Positions 11,485-25,741 of a stretch of 64,000 nucleotides of DNA are shown here, one piece after another (position 1 is the first letter of the stretch; each line of letters begins with the position of its first letter). The position numbers and the translations under genes were made by a program. This stretch comes from Haliotis rufescens (taxonomy: Eukaryota). The DNA is taken from NCBI RefSeq assembly GCF_023055435.1, contig NW_025963957.1, forward strand, positions 6,572,001 through 6,636,000, written 5' to 3'. A model generated the notes under the pieces. That model ran no database searches, was not told the DNA's origin, and worked only from the letters and a program-made list of their open reading frames with translations.

Positions 11485-13921
11485 CCTCAGTGTCAGTGAC
11501 ATCGATGATGAGAGGAAGCATTTCGGATGAAGAGAGTGACGATAATCAGTGAGGACCTACAGGTGTCAGTTTACTGTAGCATGGACTTGGACCTGTGACA
11601 AACTGATCACCTAAAACTATCTGGATCCTATGTAAATAGCAGCATGAAGTATGTGAATATACACAACCTATATGAATATGTGTTTCATTTTATGAGTGAA
11701 AAACAATCATTATTAATATTAAAGGGCAGCTTATTAGATTACTTAATTTATGGCCACTTGACTTAAATTGAAATAGGTACATATTTTTAGTTTTATTTAT
11801 TTGATGTGGTGTGCTTTTCATTTAATACCATTTTGATATTCTTTATGTTTAGGACACTTTTTCCATACCTGAAAGTTGATTTTGGATCTCAAATTGAAGT
11901 TATGAAAGATGTGCATTTATGTTCATGCATATTTATCCCAATAGAAGTGAAGTACCGAGAAGTAGCAAATCTAGTGTGGAAGTAGTTATCTGCAGTGACA
12001 GATTTCCAATGTCATGATCCTAGATGTTATTTTGAGACACTGTTCATACGTTTGCTAACTTACCAATATTTATTTACTTTTGAATACCTATTATATTTAT
12101 TATTTAAAAAACAATTTTAATTTATTGTAGCTATTGTAAAAGTAGTACTTTTTCTTTGAAGAATGTTCATTGTAGCATCACTGGATATTTCCAGGAACTG
12201 TTTATAATAATGCTGACTTGCAAATATTTATATTTATGTATGATTAGTCCAATAGAAGTTGAAATGTACGACCAGCAAATTTAATGTAGAAATGGTCGTT
12301 TGCTTTGGGCAGTTGTAATTAATATTATTGTTTTCATGCTACATTTGTAATTCCTTGGCACAATTGATCATTTGTATGAAAACAACACCCTGTACAGTAA
12401 ACTTAATACATTTTGATGTACCAAGATCAGTTATATCAAACTAGCAATGATGTAGTTTCACTTACCCCTGCAGTCCATTATTAAAGAGAATTATGTGTGA
12501 GTACATATTAACTGCACAGGTGCACAAATCTCTAAAGCAATAATCATTCATTTAAAATCATAATCTCTAGATTATATAAATAATAATAACAAGTTGGGTT
12601 TTAAAAGATTTGCATCCTCAGACTGTCTGGTGATTGAGACTTGTCTATTATAAGGATACAACTACTATACTCCTAAGGACTTGGAGCAAGGCTAACTACA
12701 GACAGTGGGGAGAGGCTTGGGAAAAGGAGGCCGACAGCAGGGGAGCTGTCAAGCTCCCACGGTATAAACAAAGAGGTCATTCCAGTCATCTGGGTCCCCT
12801 CGCCCTTATCAGTAGATCCCAAATCTCCTGCCTGCCTGTCACATCCATTTTGATAAACTATTAGCAACATCTTGAAAGCAAATTCCATTCTTCTCAGTAT
12901 TTTTAATAAAGTGATACATTTTTTAACATACAGATATGAAATTATCATCTATATATGCAGTTTGTCTTGTAGTCCTTGTCCTTCCACACATCAGCAGTTT
13001 CAAGTCATCACAGACTAACACCTGTTGAAGAAGCTGTTGAAATATATGAAGACTTTGGGACTTTATCACCTTTGTGCTGGCAAAATGTTAATTTAGCCTG
13101 TACAATTGTGGAATTTCAAATTTTGGATGTTTGGTTTTATTTCTGGATTGTTTTAAACTTTTAGCAGACAAGACTATAAGATATTGTCTGCCGTTGCTTA
13201 CACTGTGCCGTGATTGTAACATAATCAGCACTAGTTAGAAAGAAAATGAAACGGATATGCATAAACAGTCTCGGAGAAAGGCCTTGGTTCCCTATGTCGG
13301 ACAACACAATATTTCGGACATCACATCATCATCTTGTGAAGTTTTATAAGAAGCAAGACAGTTTTGCTTTGGTGTGTGAATGCATAAAAAATAAATATTA
13401 CAGTAAAATATCATCAAGATATGTTGAACAATTACCTGATAGTTACTGTACCACAGCAGATATTTGCAGATATTACTTACTTGGGTCACTGAACGGAAGT
13501 GAGCATCGTTTATGTTGATAATACTTATTCAATGCACCTAAGTGCATGTGTCTTTTCTTGTATGAAGCAAAATACAGACTGCAGTTTTTGTCATTTGGTC
13601 TATAATTTCTATGGTCCTGGGAAAATGCCAAGGCATAAGTAAACAGGAAATGCCAAAAGGTGATGTTTTATTTTTTTGTCAAGATAAGGAAGATTTATTA
13701 AACAGAAACATTGCAAACTGGACATTACAGATGAAAGACACTTCCTCCAGACTAATTGATAGCGGTCATTCCTGGGACAGACAGTCTTCCTAAGGAAATG
13801 GGAAGGGTGATAAACAAAAAAATGCTTGTTTAACTACAATTGCCAATATGCTTGCCATATAGTTGTCTTGAACATCACACTAGAAGGTACCATTTTGTAA
13901 TCTCTCACAAGCAAGAAGAAA

Positions 13922-14500
13922 ATGGAAAACCCTCATGTTTTATGCCTGTTGGTTACTGACGACATGGAAGAGATCATAGATGGTATATTTACACACCATG
14001 GGTGGGAACTGAAACGTGCATTGCCTGCTGATCATGCTGGAGATCAAAACTGCACATCATCTGATAACCCACAAATGACATCAGAAGATAACAGTGAAGA
14101 GAGTGATGACCGTGAAGGGGACGATTTACATGCCCCCATCCCAGCTGACCGAGGAGGAGATCCCGAATACCCCCACTGTTTATACAGTCCATGCATGACA
14201 CATTAACAGTACAGACAGTCTTGAATACCATCTCAAAATGCCTTTCCTAGCGTTAAAAACCATCAATTCCGGAAGGTACTATACAAGAAATATTGGACAT
14301 TACTCCAAAACAGGAATGTGTGGTGTGATCCACGATATATAGCCAGGAAATGTTCAGCTCTGAGACAAGACAGAAGGATACAAGACAGACATACTACAGG
14401 TGGCATAGGAGGGACATAACGCCCAACTGTGTTATCAGGAAAACAAGACAATGGATGCCTAAGACTGACAGGGAGGAGTATGTCGACATCAGTGGGAGAA
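13922..14500 (+). pseudogene. KolX / P2X7-ballast-like Cys-rich protein (frameshifted)
   Basis: Acidic linker, CLYSPCMT, RKVLYKKYWTLL...VWCDPRY and RRDITPNCVIRKTRQWMP..Y; homologous to the 23260 ORF. Confidence 0.6.
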
Positions 14501-15249
14501 TGTGTAGAACATTATTCTTTGGAAAGATTGAATGATTGATAACTGGTGCCGAATTTGTTCTATTTTGTTCATTTCTATAAAAAGGTATGATTATTTTAAT
14601 ACTGTAATCTTGTCCCACATTAATATTCAGTATACATACAATACAAATACTACCAATGAGAAAAAGGAAAGAAGGAAACAGAAGTTGATTAGATTCAACA
14701 TTCAAATACTGGAATTCTTATGCAGATTTCCTATTGTCATAAAAAACACATACACAAAGATATTTTGTATTCATTGACAAGAAACAATTACTTAAAATGT
14801 TTTTTTCAACAAATGTTAGGAACATTTTCTGTAGAATTTTTATCATTCTTTTCTCCACTAAATTTACATTAGAGGTGCCATGCAGTGACATGGCAGACAC
14901 CTACACAGCCACATGGCCAAAGCAGAGATCTCTATCAGGCTCATATTTCAGTCACCACTCTGCTTGGTGAGCATGGGCTAGGCTAATATTTTTCTCCCAT
15001 GGGAGAAATACTTGGGCAGTTTGGCCTACTATACATTAATGCCATCCTATCCTTTATGTCTGTAAAATAATAGTAACACATACTAGCAAATATATATGGC
15101 ATAATTTATCAATGGTACAAGGATCGAATTGAAGACATATATGGCATGACATGTTCTGAAGATGACTGGATTTGTTGTCAATGTAGTTTCGATTTTTTGA
15201 AAGAGGAGAGCACAAAAGTTCAATTTGAAAATGATTTAAGGTCACGTAT

Positions 15250-16780
15250 TCCATTCATAAGAAAACTTGTAGAACATACCAAATATGCATTACAGACGTG
15301 AAGAAGAATGGATATAAAATGAGAAGTTCATTTGTTAATGCCTTTCGACAAACTTTGCCAGATTCATCTGATCAACAGACTCTAGTGAAAAGATTTGAAA
15401 TTATCTTGCAAACCAGATACGAAAATGTGTGGATATAAGCTCTTATAATGATTCTAGGACTTGTGGGACAATGTTGTATGACAAGACTGTTCTTAATGAT
15501 TCATCCATTAAGTGCATATATGAAATTGTACAAGAGAATTTCAAACTTCGAATGAAACTAGAAGCACCAAGAGAAGGATCTATCACAATCAGTGATATAC
15601 AGAGTATAATTGACATTCAAACAGAGCTTATGTGTAATAAACATCTAACAGTTGACTTTCGAAGTGTTTTAGATCATCACGAAGAAAACGAACAACCATA
15701 TTTCCGTGACAACTATTTACATTCGCCATTGGTACAATTTTTAGAAGAGATCTTAATATGTGATAAAACATCAGAGAAAAACCTACACAGATTAAAGATT
15801 CAAACTATGATTGGCATTATGTGCAATATTCGAAACGGTAAAGTACTTTTAGTCCAAATATTGGTTGGACTTTCGGCATATGCTTGTGGATTATGCGACG
15901 AGGGATTTGATATTTTGAATGCAATGGGATTATCATGTGGAATAAATGTTATTCGTCAGGAAGCAGCTTTGTGGTCTAAGAAGAGAACAGCTACTGATGA
16001 AATTAATCAATCTGCATTTTGGAGGATAACCTTTGAGAATCTAAATTTCAAGAGAAAGTTTGCAAAAACATTTTCATGTGGTAGTGAAGTTTTGGGGAGA
16101 ATGTTGAATCTTATTACTGGCCAAGTTACACACAGGAAATTATTCATGTGCCAAACCATGAACATGTCATAATTGATGAAAATAGTTTCAGTGGTGATAT
16201 TAACCTACCTGACAATTCCTGGTTCGATACCAACAAAATTTGCAGATTTCGGATAACAGGAAACATTGACTGTTAGCAAACATTGTTATTGCAAGATTTG
16301 AGAAATACAATGCCTGACTTCACACCAGCAGCAGGGGATAATGTTGCCTATGCTACAGTCGAAACAGCACAGGCATCAAGTATAACAGATGTATCAAAGT
16401 ATCTTATTAAACTGAAACAAGATCTGAAAATAGGTGAAGAAGGATATCCAAATAATGTGGTTGTTGGAGGTGACCAGCAGACATAGGCAATTGTGATAAA
16501 CTTGATAAAAAACTATCCTGGTACATTCCAATGAATTACTCCTGTTCCTGGACATTGGCACTTACTTAAAAATGCAGCTGAAACTCTTAGAGACATGTTT
16601 TGGGATGGGGGACTTCAAAACTTATGTAAAGTATGTAAACATATGAAAGATATTGTACAATGGAGAGATATTCATAATATGCTTTCTGCTATCCATGACT
16701 CATTGGTCTGTGAAGCTTTGAATGATATTCAAGAGGGAAATCAACACACTGATGTATCTCTTGGTGAATGGATATTTCTA
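15250..16780 (+). pseudogene. AcademH-like (DUF6589-type) DDE transposase, disrupted
   Basis: GLSAYACG...ILNAMGLS, ITFENLNF, VVVGGDQQT and PVPGHWHLLKNAAE motifs; several stops and frameshifts. Confidence 0.65.
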
Positions 16781-18089
16781 CATTGTCGGATTGGTGGTAT
16801 AAACCATATTTCACTGCGTTTTCCCACTTGATGTGATAGTGACGTCACCTTGTATTCAATAATAATATAATGTATTATATCATATGGCCAATAATTTGCC
16901 GGCAATTTGAGTAATATATATCATATTATTTATTACATTCCTTTTTAATGTATTTGCTTTAATTGGGCATTCATTCTGCTGTAGCCTTATCTACTGGGTG
17001 TATTGATCTATGGTTGGAGCTGGTACGATCATCCAATAAGCAGTCATACCCCACTCCTCGTAGCCGGCTTTCTCGTACAGTCCAGGTATCCTGTTGTGGT
17101 TATCAGTACTGCGTGTTTAAACCGGTTTTATATACATGTACATATCATACTCCAAATGTGCTGGGATAAATATTTCCTCATTTTGGGTTCAAATGTATTT
17201 TACCAAAATCCCCATTGGCTGCCATTAAAGTGACTTTCACATTACGTCAAGTGGGATCTTATATGTATCCTGTGGTAGAAAGGATGCGATGATTATATTT
17301 GGGGATTATTAGTTAATATTTCCGTAAACAATCATTGGGGTTGTGTGTTTATTTATGCACATATGCTTTTTGGTATCAACAATGCATTTGCATAGTCTTT
17401 AACAATATCGTTTTCTCCTGTAAGTATCATCATCACATCAATTACACAAAAGACGTAATTTATAAATAAACTCTTCTCCTTAGTTACCTCAATTAAAAAA
17501 ATATTCTCCACATCTCAACCTTATCTACTGAGCTGCCATCATGTCCTCGCACACATACTCTTAGCTCTTGGAAGCCATGTTGACCCCCATACCCAAAATG
17601 CAAATGAATCTATCAACAGCAAAGTGAAAAATATCTAGGAAAGGACAAACTGACAGAGCCAGAATTTGTCAAAAGATTTAAAAAAATCAACAGGATGAAA
17701 TTAAGCTCGCAATTCTTGGACAGGGCGAACTAGAATTGAAGAGAGTACAAGCATCTTCAAGTTCAAGAGGACAAGTACTACAGGATGACCAGTTTGGTAA
17801 TATAAGAGGTATAAGGGCAGATGAAAGAAAACAAGAGGGACTAGAAGCTAACATGCACTCTGGCTGCCCTAAGTAAAGACCACTACTGGTCTTTGCGTGA
17901 ATATTAGGTCAATGTATCAGAACACCTTTGCTGAAAGTATAAATTTGGTGAATAAACGATTAGGATGGGTTTTTCCAGCTCAATCTATTTTAAGAAAGAC
18001 ACAATTTAAGTATTTCAGCTTTCCTATCACCAATATTCAAAGAGACAATAAAATCTCCCTCTTCAAGGAATCTCTTCAAGATGTGAATG

Positions 18090-18657
18090 CAGGATAGTTG
18101 AAAATGAAATAAAATTAGAACCCTATTTAAGTCACTGTAAAGTAAGAAAATATCGAGTGCACTTTCCCAAACTAAGATTAAGAAACCATAAATTAAATAT
18201 TGAACTTGGAAGACATACAAAGCCACCAACCCCACTACATCAGAGGCTATGCTCTACATGTTCAACCAGTGATGACAAAAAACCCTACTTACTTCACTGT
18301 ACCAAACTCTCAAGAAAGAAATATACTCTTTGGAAAATTATCAACACAAAATGTAAATGTCCACAGTCATGAAAACAAATTATTTCACTACATCAACTCA
18401 AATAATGAAGCTATCAATATCAATGGCATTCGTTTCCATATCTATCATTTCAAACGAAAAATACCCCTTGATCTTAATCAACCGATGACTTATATGGATA
18501 ATATCAAATATGTAACATGATGTAATATTGATTGTTTTTTTTGTCTGTAAGTCTGTATATATGTATATATGTATATATGAATCATAATGTTTTGTCATTT
18601 TAAAAAAATACATCTATCCTGTAATTGAATGTTTCGGCAATATATCTTATCTTATCT
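18090..18657 (+). mobile_element. 5'-truncated LINE copy (same family as 9005-9857)
   Basis: KLRLRNHKLNIELGRH...RLCSTCSTSDDKKPYLLHC; (ATCTT)n tail. Confidence 0.75.
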
Positions 18658-21579
18658 ACAACCCCCTAAGCAGTGCTGGATGGGAGCATATCTAAGATCT
18701 GTTTTGTTGTCAACACCAACTTTCTGGTGGACAATTAATTACCTAACACACTGGAGGGGAGGGTATTCTCGGGGTGTTTGTCATTTGCAAAGGTCAACTC
18801 AAAGAAAAAACAATAAGAAAACTGCTTCTCTGTGAAATGCTTCTTGTATAATATTTCCAAGTTAGGAACATCTAATTCAATGGCATTGTAATCAATAAGG
18901 TCATGGACGTCACATGTGAATTGTGATTCTGCAATCTTTTGATATAAGTTAAATAATGTTCTTGAGTTTTCTGTTGGCCTCCAAATATACTGCTGCGAAT
19001 GCTGTGTTATCTTTGATCATAATCTCAAGTCATCACTGTAGTGAAAACAAAAAGTAGGCAAAGTTTTGGCCAGAGTTCCCCTCTTACATCTGAGAAAGTC
19101 CAAGGTTAATACTTTGTTTGATGCATACGTCACGCTGGCCTTGTGGAGCTGCTCATGGCAACGAGAGATCAAGATGTCACGGAATGGTCACAGCTACTTA
19201 CAGCTGATCACATGGACACAGCAACAAGACATGTTCGAAGAATTGCTCAGGCACGGCAAATGGCATTCTTGGCATTTTGGCCAATTTACAGTCTCTGGGG
19301 GATGATGATGCGGAGTTAATCACTGGGCACAAGCTCTACTGCTTCCGAGACATGGGATGAACGAATGACATGGGTGAAGGAAGGCAAATGATGCCTCCAT
19401 TATGACATGATGACACACTGCAACAAAGTATTAGATTAATAGCGTTAATGCTATGCATCATGTGTCAGTTGGATATGGGTGCTCTGATCTCCCCCACAAT
19501 GTTTTCAGCTATCGCAATGGAAGCCAAAGGACCTAATGGATCTCTCCTCCAGGAACTCGAAATCGTCCAGAGGCAAAAAGACCAGGCCAGGGCCAGGGCC
19601 ATGTTTAAGATGACGGGAAAGATCTCCTTTCAACGTCATGGCTTCCCTCAATCGGCCTGTGGAAGCAGGAACTGGGCCCTAGGTGCTGAAGTTGCCAGCC
19701 AGGCCTTAGCACCTCAGGAAGACACCCCCAAAGAGCAGCTTCATAATCCTATGGTCCATCTTTGGACTTGGAAATGGAACTGACCAAAATCTTTATGAAC
19801 AGGAAGAGGGAGGGGGGGGGGGGGGGGGGAGGAGACATCACCTGGCTGGTACCTGAAGGACACATCATTGAACGGCACCTTCGCCATAGAGATTTGTCCG
19901 TCACAACTACTGATGGGACTGTCAATCACCCAAGCAGACATATCTGACCCAAGGCTCTTCCACCATAGACCAGACTCTGAGACGGACACTGAGATCAACC
20001 GCCACAAAGAACATTCCCAGCACCATCGTCAAGCAGCACAAGCTCAAGGGACAGATGTGTCATTGGGGATCTCATTCAGCAACCTGGATTCAGAGGTTGA
20101 AAGTGAAAGGGAAAGCAACTTGAAATCTATTCTGTCAACGCTTGTTATAGTCTTGCTTTAATATGTTAATGTCAGTAGGAACTAATATTTTGTTGGAATC
20201 CATGTTAATATGGATGTTGGCTCCTCTGATTCCAGAGGAAAAACATTTCTTAAAGTGGGGGAGAGTGCAAATGCTGGATATTTTGCCCAAATTTCTTACA
20301 CCAGTAGCCCAAACATCCTGCCAATTTACTAATTAAAGAATAGGGTTTGGGGGTTCACGGCACTGGTCTCATTGGTGCCATAGTGACAGCTTTTGGCCAA
20401 TAGACTGAGGCCTCACATGACGGGGCCAGAGCCACCATGGCCCCCTAAACCTTTCAGCAGCCTCTTTCTGTCTGCACTGCCCGGGTGCCAACATCACCAG
20501 CCATATGTTGATTTTGTTTTAGGTTTCTCCCAGACTGTGCAGCCAGGATTTGCACCCTGTAACTTTATACTTCAATACACTATCATTACTATCTTTTTGT
20601 GTAGTGTCATCTTTGACTGGAGTAGTTCGCGCTGTCAGCATCCCTTTCTGTGGGACGTAATTGTTATGCAAACATGGTAAATTCACAGGTCTTAGATTCA
20701 TATCAAGCAAACTAGACTTTGTTAGTTTCATCTAGACTTGCCTAGGCTTTTAGTAAAAAACAATATACCTAAACAATATAAATTGCACAGTCATGGTGCA
20801 GGGGTAATAAAGTAGTTGCTGTTTCAGTTTCAGAACGACATGGGGGCTCCAAGGATGCAGCCTCCAGTGGGAACTGTCAAGTCATCTTTGAAGTTTTCCT
20901 TGAATGGCATTATCTCAAGTGCCCCCTATAGTGCAAGGCTACTGGCTCATCATTATACAGCAGGCATCTTCCACCAGAAGTTAATGGAGACACTACTCAC
21001 TACCCAAGTTTTGCTTGTTATACCAAGAGGGAGATGGACCACAAAGATTTAGATCAGGCTCATCTCTTGAATCTGCTTCAAGAAGGATGTCTCTTACTGA
21101 TACATTCAATGACATCCATTCCACCAGAAGACCAAAGAAAATGACGGAATATCTTGGTATTTTTTAACATAGATGCTGAACATATTTTCAGGGTAGTAGA
21201 AGTCATTTTATGCCAGGATTCTTTGTCTTTGGAGGCCTGCACCACTCCATTCAACATGTGTTCTGACAAGGGGGCTGTACTGTCCAGGGACATTCTTGAT
21301 GATACCTGAGCAATTGGCGAATATCTCATAAAAGGAGTTCATTTGTCATGATCAACTGTTTGGTCTATCATCTGCTGATGTTCCAAGCCTTACAGTGGAA
21401 GGTCCTAAACCACTGCTCAGCAGAGTGAAGAGATCCAAAGGTGTTACTATCAAGAGAACTATCAAAACTACAAGACACGTCCAACAGTCTGAACGTGACG
21501 AGAAAGAAGCAAAATGATCCAAGGCCATGCCCTCTCAAGTGTTTCAAAACTGATTGTTTCCAGGTCGTAGTGATTGACA

Positions 21580-22130
21580 TTTAGTTCCCTCTGTAGTAAA
21601 CTGTCAGACACAGTTTGTCAGTGTTATCACACTGAACAGACATTTGCTCTTAAATAAATCAGAACTAAAATGTCAAATATTTATTAGTTCTTAGTCTACA
21701 TTAGGAATAGCAACCCTTCACAGCACAGGGAGCGGTCAAGATATTAAGTCACATGACCTCTATCAGTAAAATGATTGGCTCAAGCAGAATACTACTGTTT
21801 ATTTCCTTTTGGATTATACCTTGGATATTGCATTTTAATGCTCAATCATGGCTAAACTGTTTTCCAACTGTTATTTTCTTGGCACTCACTTGGAATACTA
21901 TGTGTTTTACACACTGTTCATCATAATGCGACGTCCAACGGACACCCCTGGAGATGTGCCAAGAAAGGAATGAACATACTGGAATTCTGACACCTCTAAC
22001 ACTTATGAATTCTCAAGTGGAAAATATCAAGAGTACATTTGTACCATATGGGCTAGTGTGTGCATTAATATTATATAGGACTCTAAAACCTTATCAAATT
22101 GTGCACCTTGTGAATGTATGTGCATGTGCG
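21580..22130 (+). repeat. Diverged inverted copy of the 2550-3185 segment
   Basis: Shared DNA blocks (e.g. gtcagtgttatcacactgaacagacatttg and tgacctctatcagtaaaatgattggctcaa) and homologous peptides MNFQVDNIKSTFIP.. / MNSQVENIKSTFVP.. Confidence 0.8.
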
Positions 22131-22149
22131 CCCCGAGTTATCTGATAAA

Positions 22150-22570
22150 CTTTCAGGCGTAAAACCCTCTATACTGGGGTATGAAAATCTGTGGTGGATC
22201 TGCTGCAAAATTAAAAGATCATATAGACAATATCGTCAAGCACTACCAAAACAAGCCTGATCACTGTGATTGCACATCAAGATGCAGCACTCAGGACATC
22301 TACATATCAACGAGGAAAGCGATCAGAGTTGACACTGCTCTAAATATACTAAAGAAAACCATCAAATCCTTCTACATCTACAACCATCCTGAGAAGTACA
22401 TTCACTGTACGGACACTCAGTTCGTTTCCACAACACCATCCTGGTATATGTTGATAAACGCGTTCACTTGCAGAATTCAATGTATGAAATAAAAACAGGA
22501 ATTGCTATTTTGGACTGGAACGAAAACATCAACCGAGCCTTTCTTTAGTATGACAACATCCGACAAAGGA
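22150..22570 (+). pseudogene. Kolobok-like transposase C-terminal remnant
   Basis: MKICGGSAAKLKDHIDNIVKHYQNKPDHCDCTSRC...HPEKYIHCTDTQFV, then a frameshifted YVDKRVH...AILDWNENINR. Confidence 0.65.
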
Positions 22571-23259
22571 TGCCTTCTCAGCATAAGATGGGACTTTCCA
22601 CTGATCATGCTGATACTCCTTTGTGTAATTATAAAAATGACTGACTAATATTTATAATGCTTTAGATTATAGATCCAATTATACCTTCATGGCATATTGT
22701 TCAGAAGTATGGTATATATATGAAAGTATATGCTTTTAAAGGTAAAATAGAACATAATACTAGTAGCTGACCTTGCATATTGCTTTTTCATTATTTTTGT
22801 AGTGTTAAAAATAGTTATATTGTTCATAAAATACAATATTTGGATATTGACAGTATGAGTATATCATAATATTGTTTGATGTTGTCTTGTAAGGCCAGGA
22901 GTAAGACCATCTGGACAACCAGTGCACGAGAGGTACTACGTGATCTGGCCATATTACCTTATTAAGAACCTGATGAAGGTTAGCTTTAGGCATGTAGACC
23001 AGCACGAGCTGGGCAGTTGAGATCTGGCCAGATTACCTTATTAAGTACCTGATGAATGTTATCTCCAGGGCTACTTCCTGTCTAGAGAAGGCTGTGAGAG
23101 TATGACATGAAGACACAGTGAACATGGAATTAAAGAAGATAGACTGTCTCTCAAACTGATGGTAACTCATTTGCAGCGAGAAACTAATTACAGTTTATTT
23201 CAGCTGGGATATTATACACTGTAGAAGTTCCTCACTCCAAGACAACACCAGCTACAACT

Positions 23260-23667
23260 GTGTCGGGTATTAATGACCCTGATGATGACCCCGAGTTTAT
23301 GATCCAACAGAGAGCTGATGCAGATGAGTGTCCTCCTTGTGTATGCAAACCATGCATAACGGACTCTAGTAATAAGCAGATGTGGTGGGAAGAAGACATC
23401 CTTCAAGACAATGTTCATAATTCTGAACTAAGAAAGGGACATCATAAGAGATTTTGGACCAGGCTTCTTCACCGAGGTGTATGGAGGGATGCACGTTATC
23501 AAGAGAGAAAGAGACAGGCATTAGAAAGACATGTGAACAGACATCACTTGGTTTGGAATGGAACCCGACACAAACGTGACCTGAAGCCGGATTGTGTTAT
23601 AGTACTAGTTCGGACATGGCTACCAAATCCACCCAATAAACCATATTTGGGACATACCTGGAATTGA
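23260..23667 (+). CDS. KolX / P2X7-ballast-like small protein (open for 135 codons; start codon uncertain)
   Basis: CPPCVCKPC...LRKGHHKRFWTRL...RDLKPDCVIVLVRTWLPNPPNKPYLGH fits the R-x-x-x-P-x-C-V...R-x-x-x-P...Y-x-G pattern. Confidence 0.55.
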   Translation: MSGINDPDDDPEFMIQQRADADECPPCVCKPCITDSSNKQMWWEEDILQDNVHNSELRKGHHKRFWTRLLHRGVWRDARYQERKRQALERHVNRHHLVWNGTRHKRDLKPDCVIVLVRTWLPNPPNKPYLGHTWN

Positions 23668-23839
23668 TGCTACGACTACATATTTGTTATATTTGGGTCG
23701 GTATATGGAATATACCCGTTCAATAATTGTGTTTCTTCATTGTTTATGTAGTATCATATTGATGTTGTTGTTAATAATGTACTCTCAATTACCCTAACAA
23801 GATTACCTGTTAAAGGCCGGGGTTCAAGCCTATGCACAA

Positions 23840-25185
23840 AGGGTGTGTGGCCACAATGTATGGTTAAAACTGTCTTGTGATGCAAAGCAAAGCAGTAGTC
23901 AAATACATTCGATGAAATATCACAAAATCGACTTACCGGTTAATGATGATATTCAGCCATAGTACACAGAAGGATGTTATGAAGACTTACTATGAAAAAG
24001 TATGGATACAGATAGTCTACAAAACGTATTGTCTGGCATCATCACCCTACCTCCCAGACAACAAATTCCTGGTGAATGAGAAGATTGGACATGCTTCTCA
24101 CAGCTGTGGCATGTTACAAGTCCAGAACACGAGGTTCTGTTCAGCTGCAGGGATTGGTAATCTCTCACGGAAGTATACAGAAGGACAGCACCACCCATAA
24201 GAACTGTGTTCAGACAGGGTATAGGGATTCGTGTGAAACGGCATTGTTAGAAGAAGTCGCTGGTTATGAAGATTTAGATGGCATAAATATCATGACAGAT
24301 GCTCGGCATGGCTGGCGGAAAAATGCCAAGGACACTAGTGTTGTGGCCATTGGTGACCACACACACAAGGTGTTAGCATGCCCACATATCACTAAACAGA
24401 TCGATCCTGTCTCTCGGAGACATGAAAAGATTGGAACTGGACAAATCTATGATTACCTAGAAGAGAATGATGTCCGTGTTAAAGTCCACACACATGACAG
24501 AAATTTATCTGTTAATAAATTCATTCGGGACAGTGGAACTACAATTAACCAAAACGACACATGGCATGGTGTAAAATCGGTAGCAAAATCTCTTTCTGCT
24601 GTATCCCCTGGGCCAAAATATAAGCATGGCAGTACCTGGCATGAGCAGCTGTCTGACAAAGTACAACCTGTCACAACTCACTTTCATCATGCCATTCGGA
24701 ATTGTTATGGTGACAGTGATTATCTGAGATCTTCCCTCTTAAATGTGATCGAACATTACAAGAACAATCATTCAGACTGCAATCCTTCATCTAGATGCAA
24801 GAAAGATCCAAACTATGAACCATCACGTGTCGTGCTCACAAGCAAGAAATCCATCTCATTATTGAAAGGAGTCATTACAAATTCAGTCATTTTCAAGTAC
24901 CCAGATCACTTCAAGTTGGCCAAAGATACATTCTTTGTTGAAAGTTTCAATAATGTTATGAATATTTTTCAAGATAAAAGAATCTCATTTTCTGACAGAG
25001 TGTATGACATGAAGTCTCAATTAGCTGTTTGTCACTGAAATAAAAATGTTGATAGGAGCTTCACTTCCGAGTGGCATTCAAGGAATCCGTGTGCACAGAG
25101 ATGTCGCAGGAAGAAGAATTACAAATCTGTCTCCTACAATTACAGGGGCAATGTATGGAGCAGATATTTAGGCAGATTATTTTGA
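23840..25185 (+). pseudogene. Kolobok-like DDE transposase, near full-length (one frameshift, one TGG>TGA)
   Basis: IMTDARHGWRKNAKDTSVV, HTHDRN, NDTWHGVK, TFFVESFNN and DKRISF. The stop at 25036 replaces the W conserved in the other copies, and the frame continues to TGA at 25185. Confidence 0.75.
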
Positions 25186-25275
25186 CCTGAACCAATTACT
25201 TCTTGCCAACTGATAGACAGATAACATATTTTCTCTTGCTGACACTTATAATTGCTGATTTGTTTATGACTTTAC

Positions 25276-25741
25276 TGCAAACCATGCATAACGGACTCTA
25301 GTAATAAGCAAATGTGGTGGGAAGAAGACATCCTTCAAGACAATGTTCATAATTCTGAACTAAGAAAGGGACATCATAAGAGATTTTGGACCAGGCTTCT
25401 TCACCGAGGTGTATGGAGGGATGCACGTTATCAAGAGAGAAAGAGACAGGCATTAGAAAGACGTGAACAGACATCACTTGGTATGGAATGGAACCTGACA
25501 CAAACGTGACCTGATGCCAGATTGTGTTATAATACTAGTTCGGACATGGCTACCAAATCCACCCAATAAACCATATTTGGGACATACCTGGAATTGATGC
25601 TACGACTATGTATTTGTTTTGTTTGCATCGGTATGTGGAATACGCCCTTTCAATAATTGTGTTTCTTCATTGTTTATGTAGTATTATATTGATGTTATTG
25701 TTAATAATGTACTCTCAATTACCCTTACAAGCTTATCTGTT
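25276..25741 (+). repeat. Direct repeat of 23344-23811 (3' part of the KolX-like ORF plus downstream region)
   Basis: About 466 bp, highly similar, with a 2-nt deletion that frameshifts the ORF. Confidence 0.9.

Noticed and set aside
22887-23218. Solo LTR (TG...CA with an internal duplication of about 40 bp)
   Set aside because: No target-site duplication found and no second copy in the window.
23260-23667. Host P2X7 receptor gene
   Set aside because: Only the small Cys-rich ballast-like motif is present, with no transmembrane or ectodomain exons, and it lies next to a transposase.
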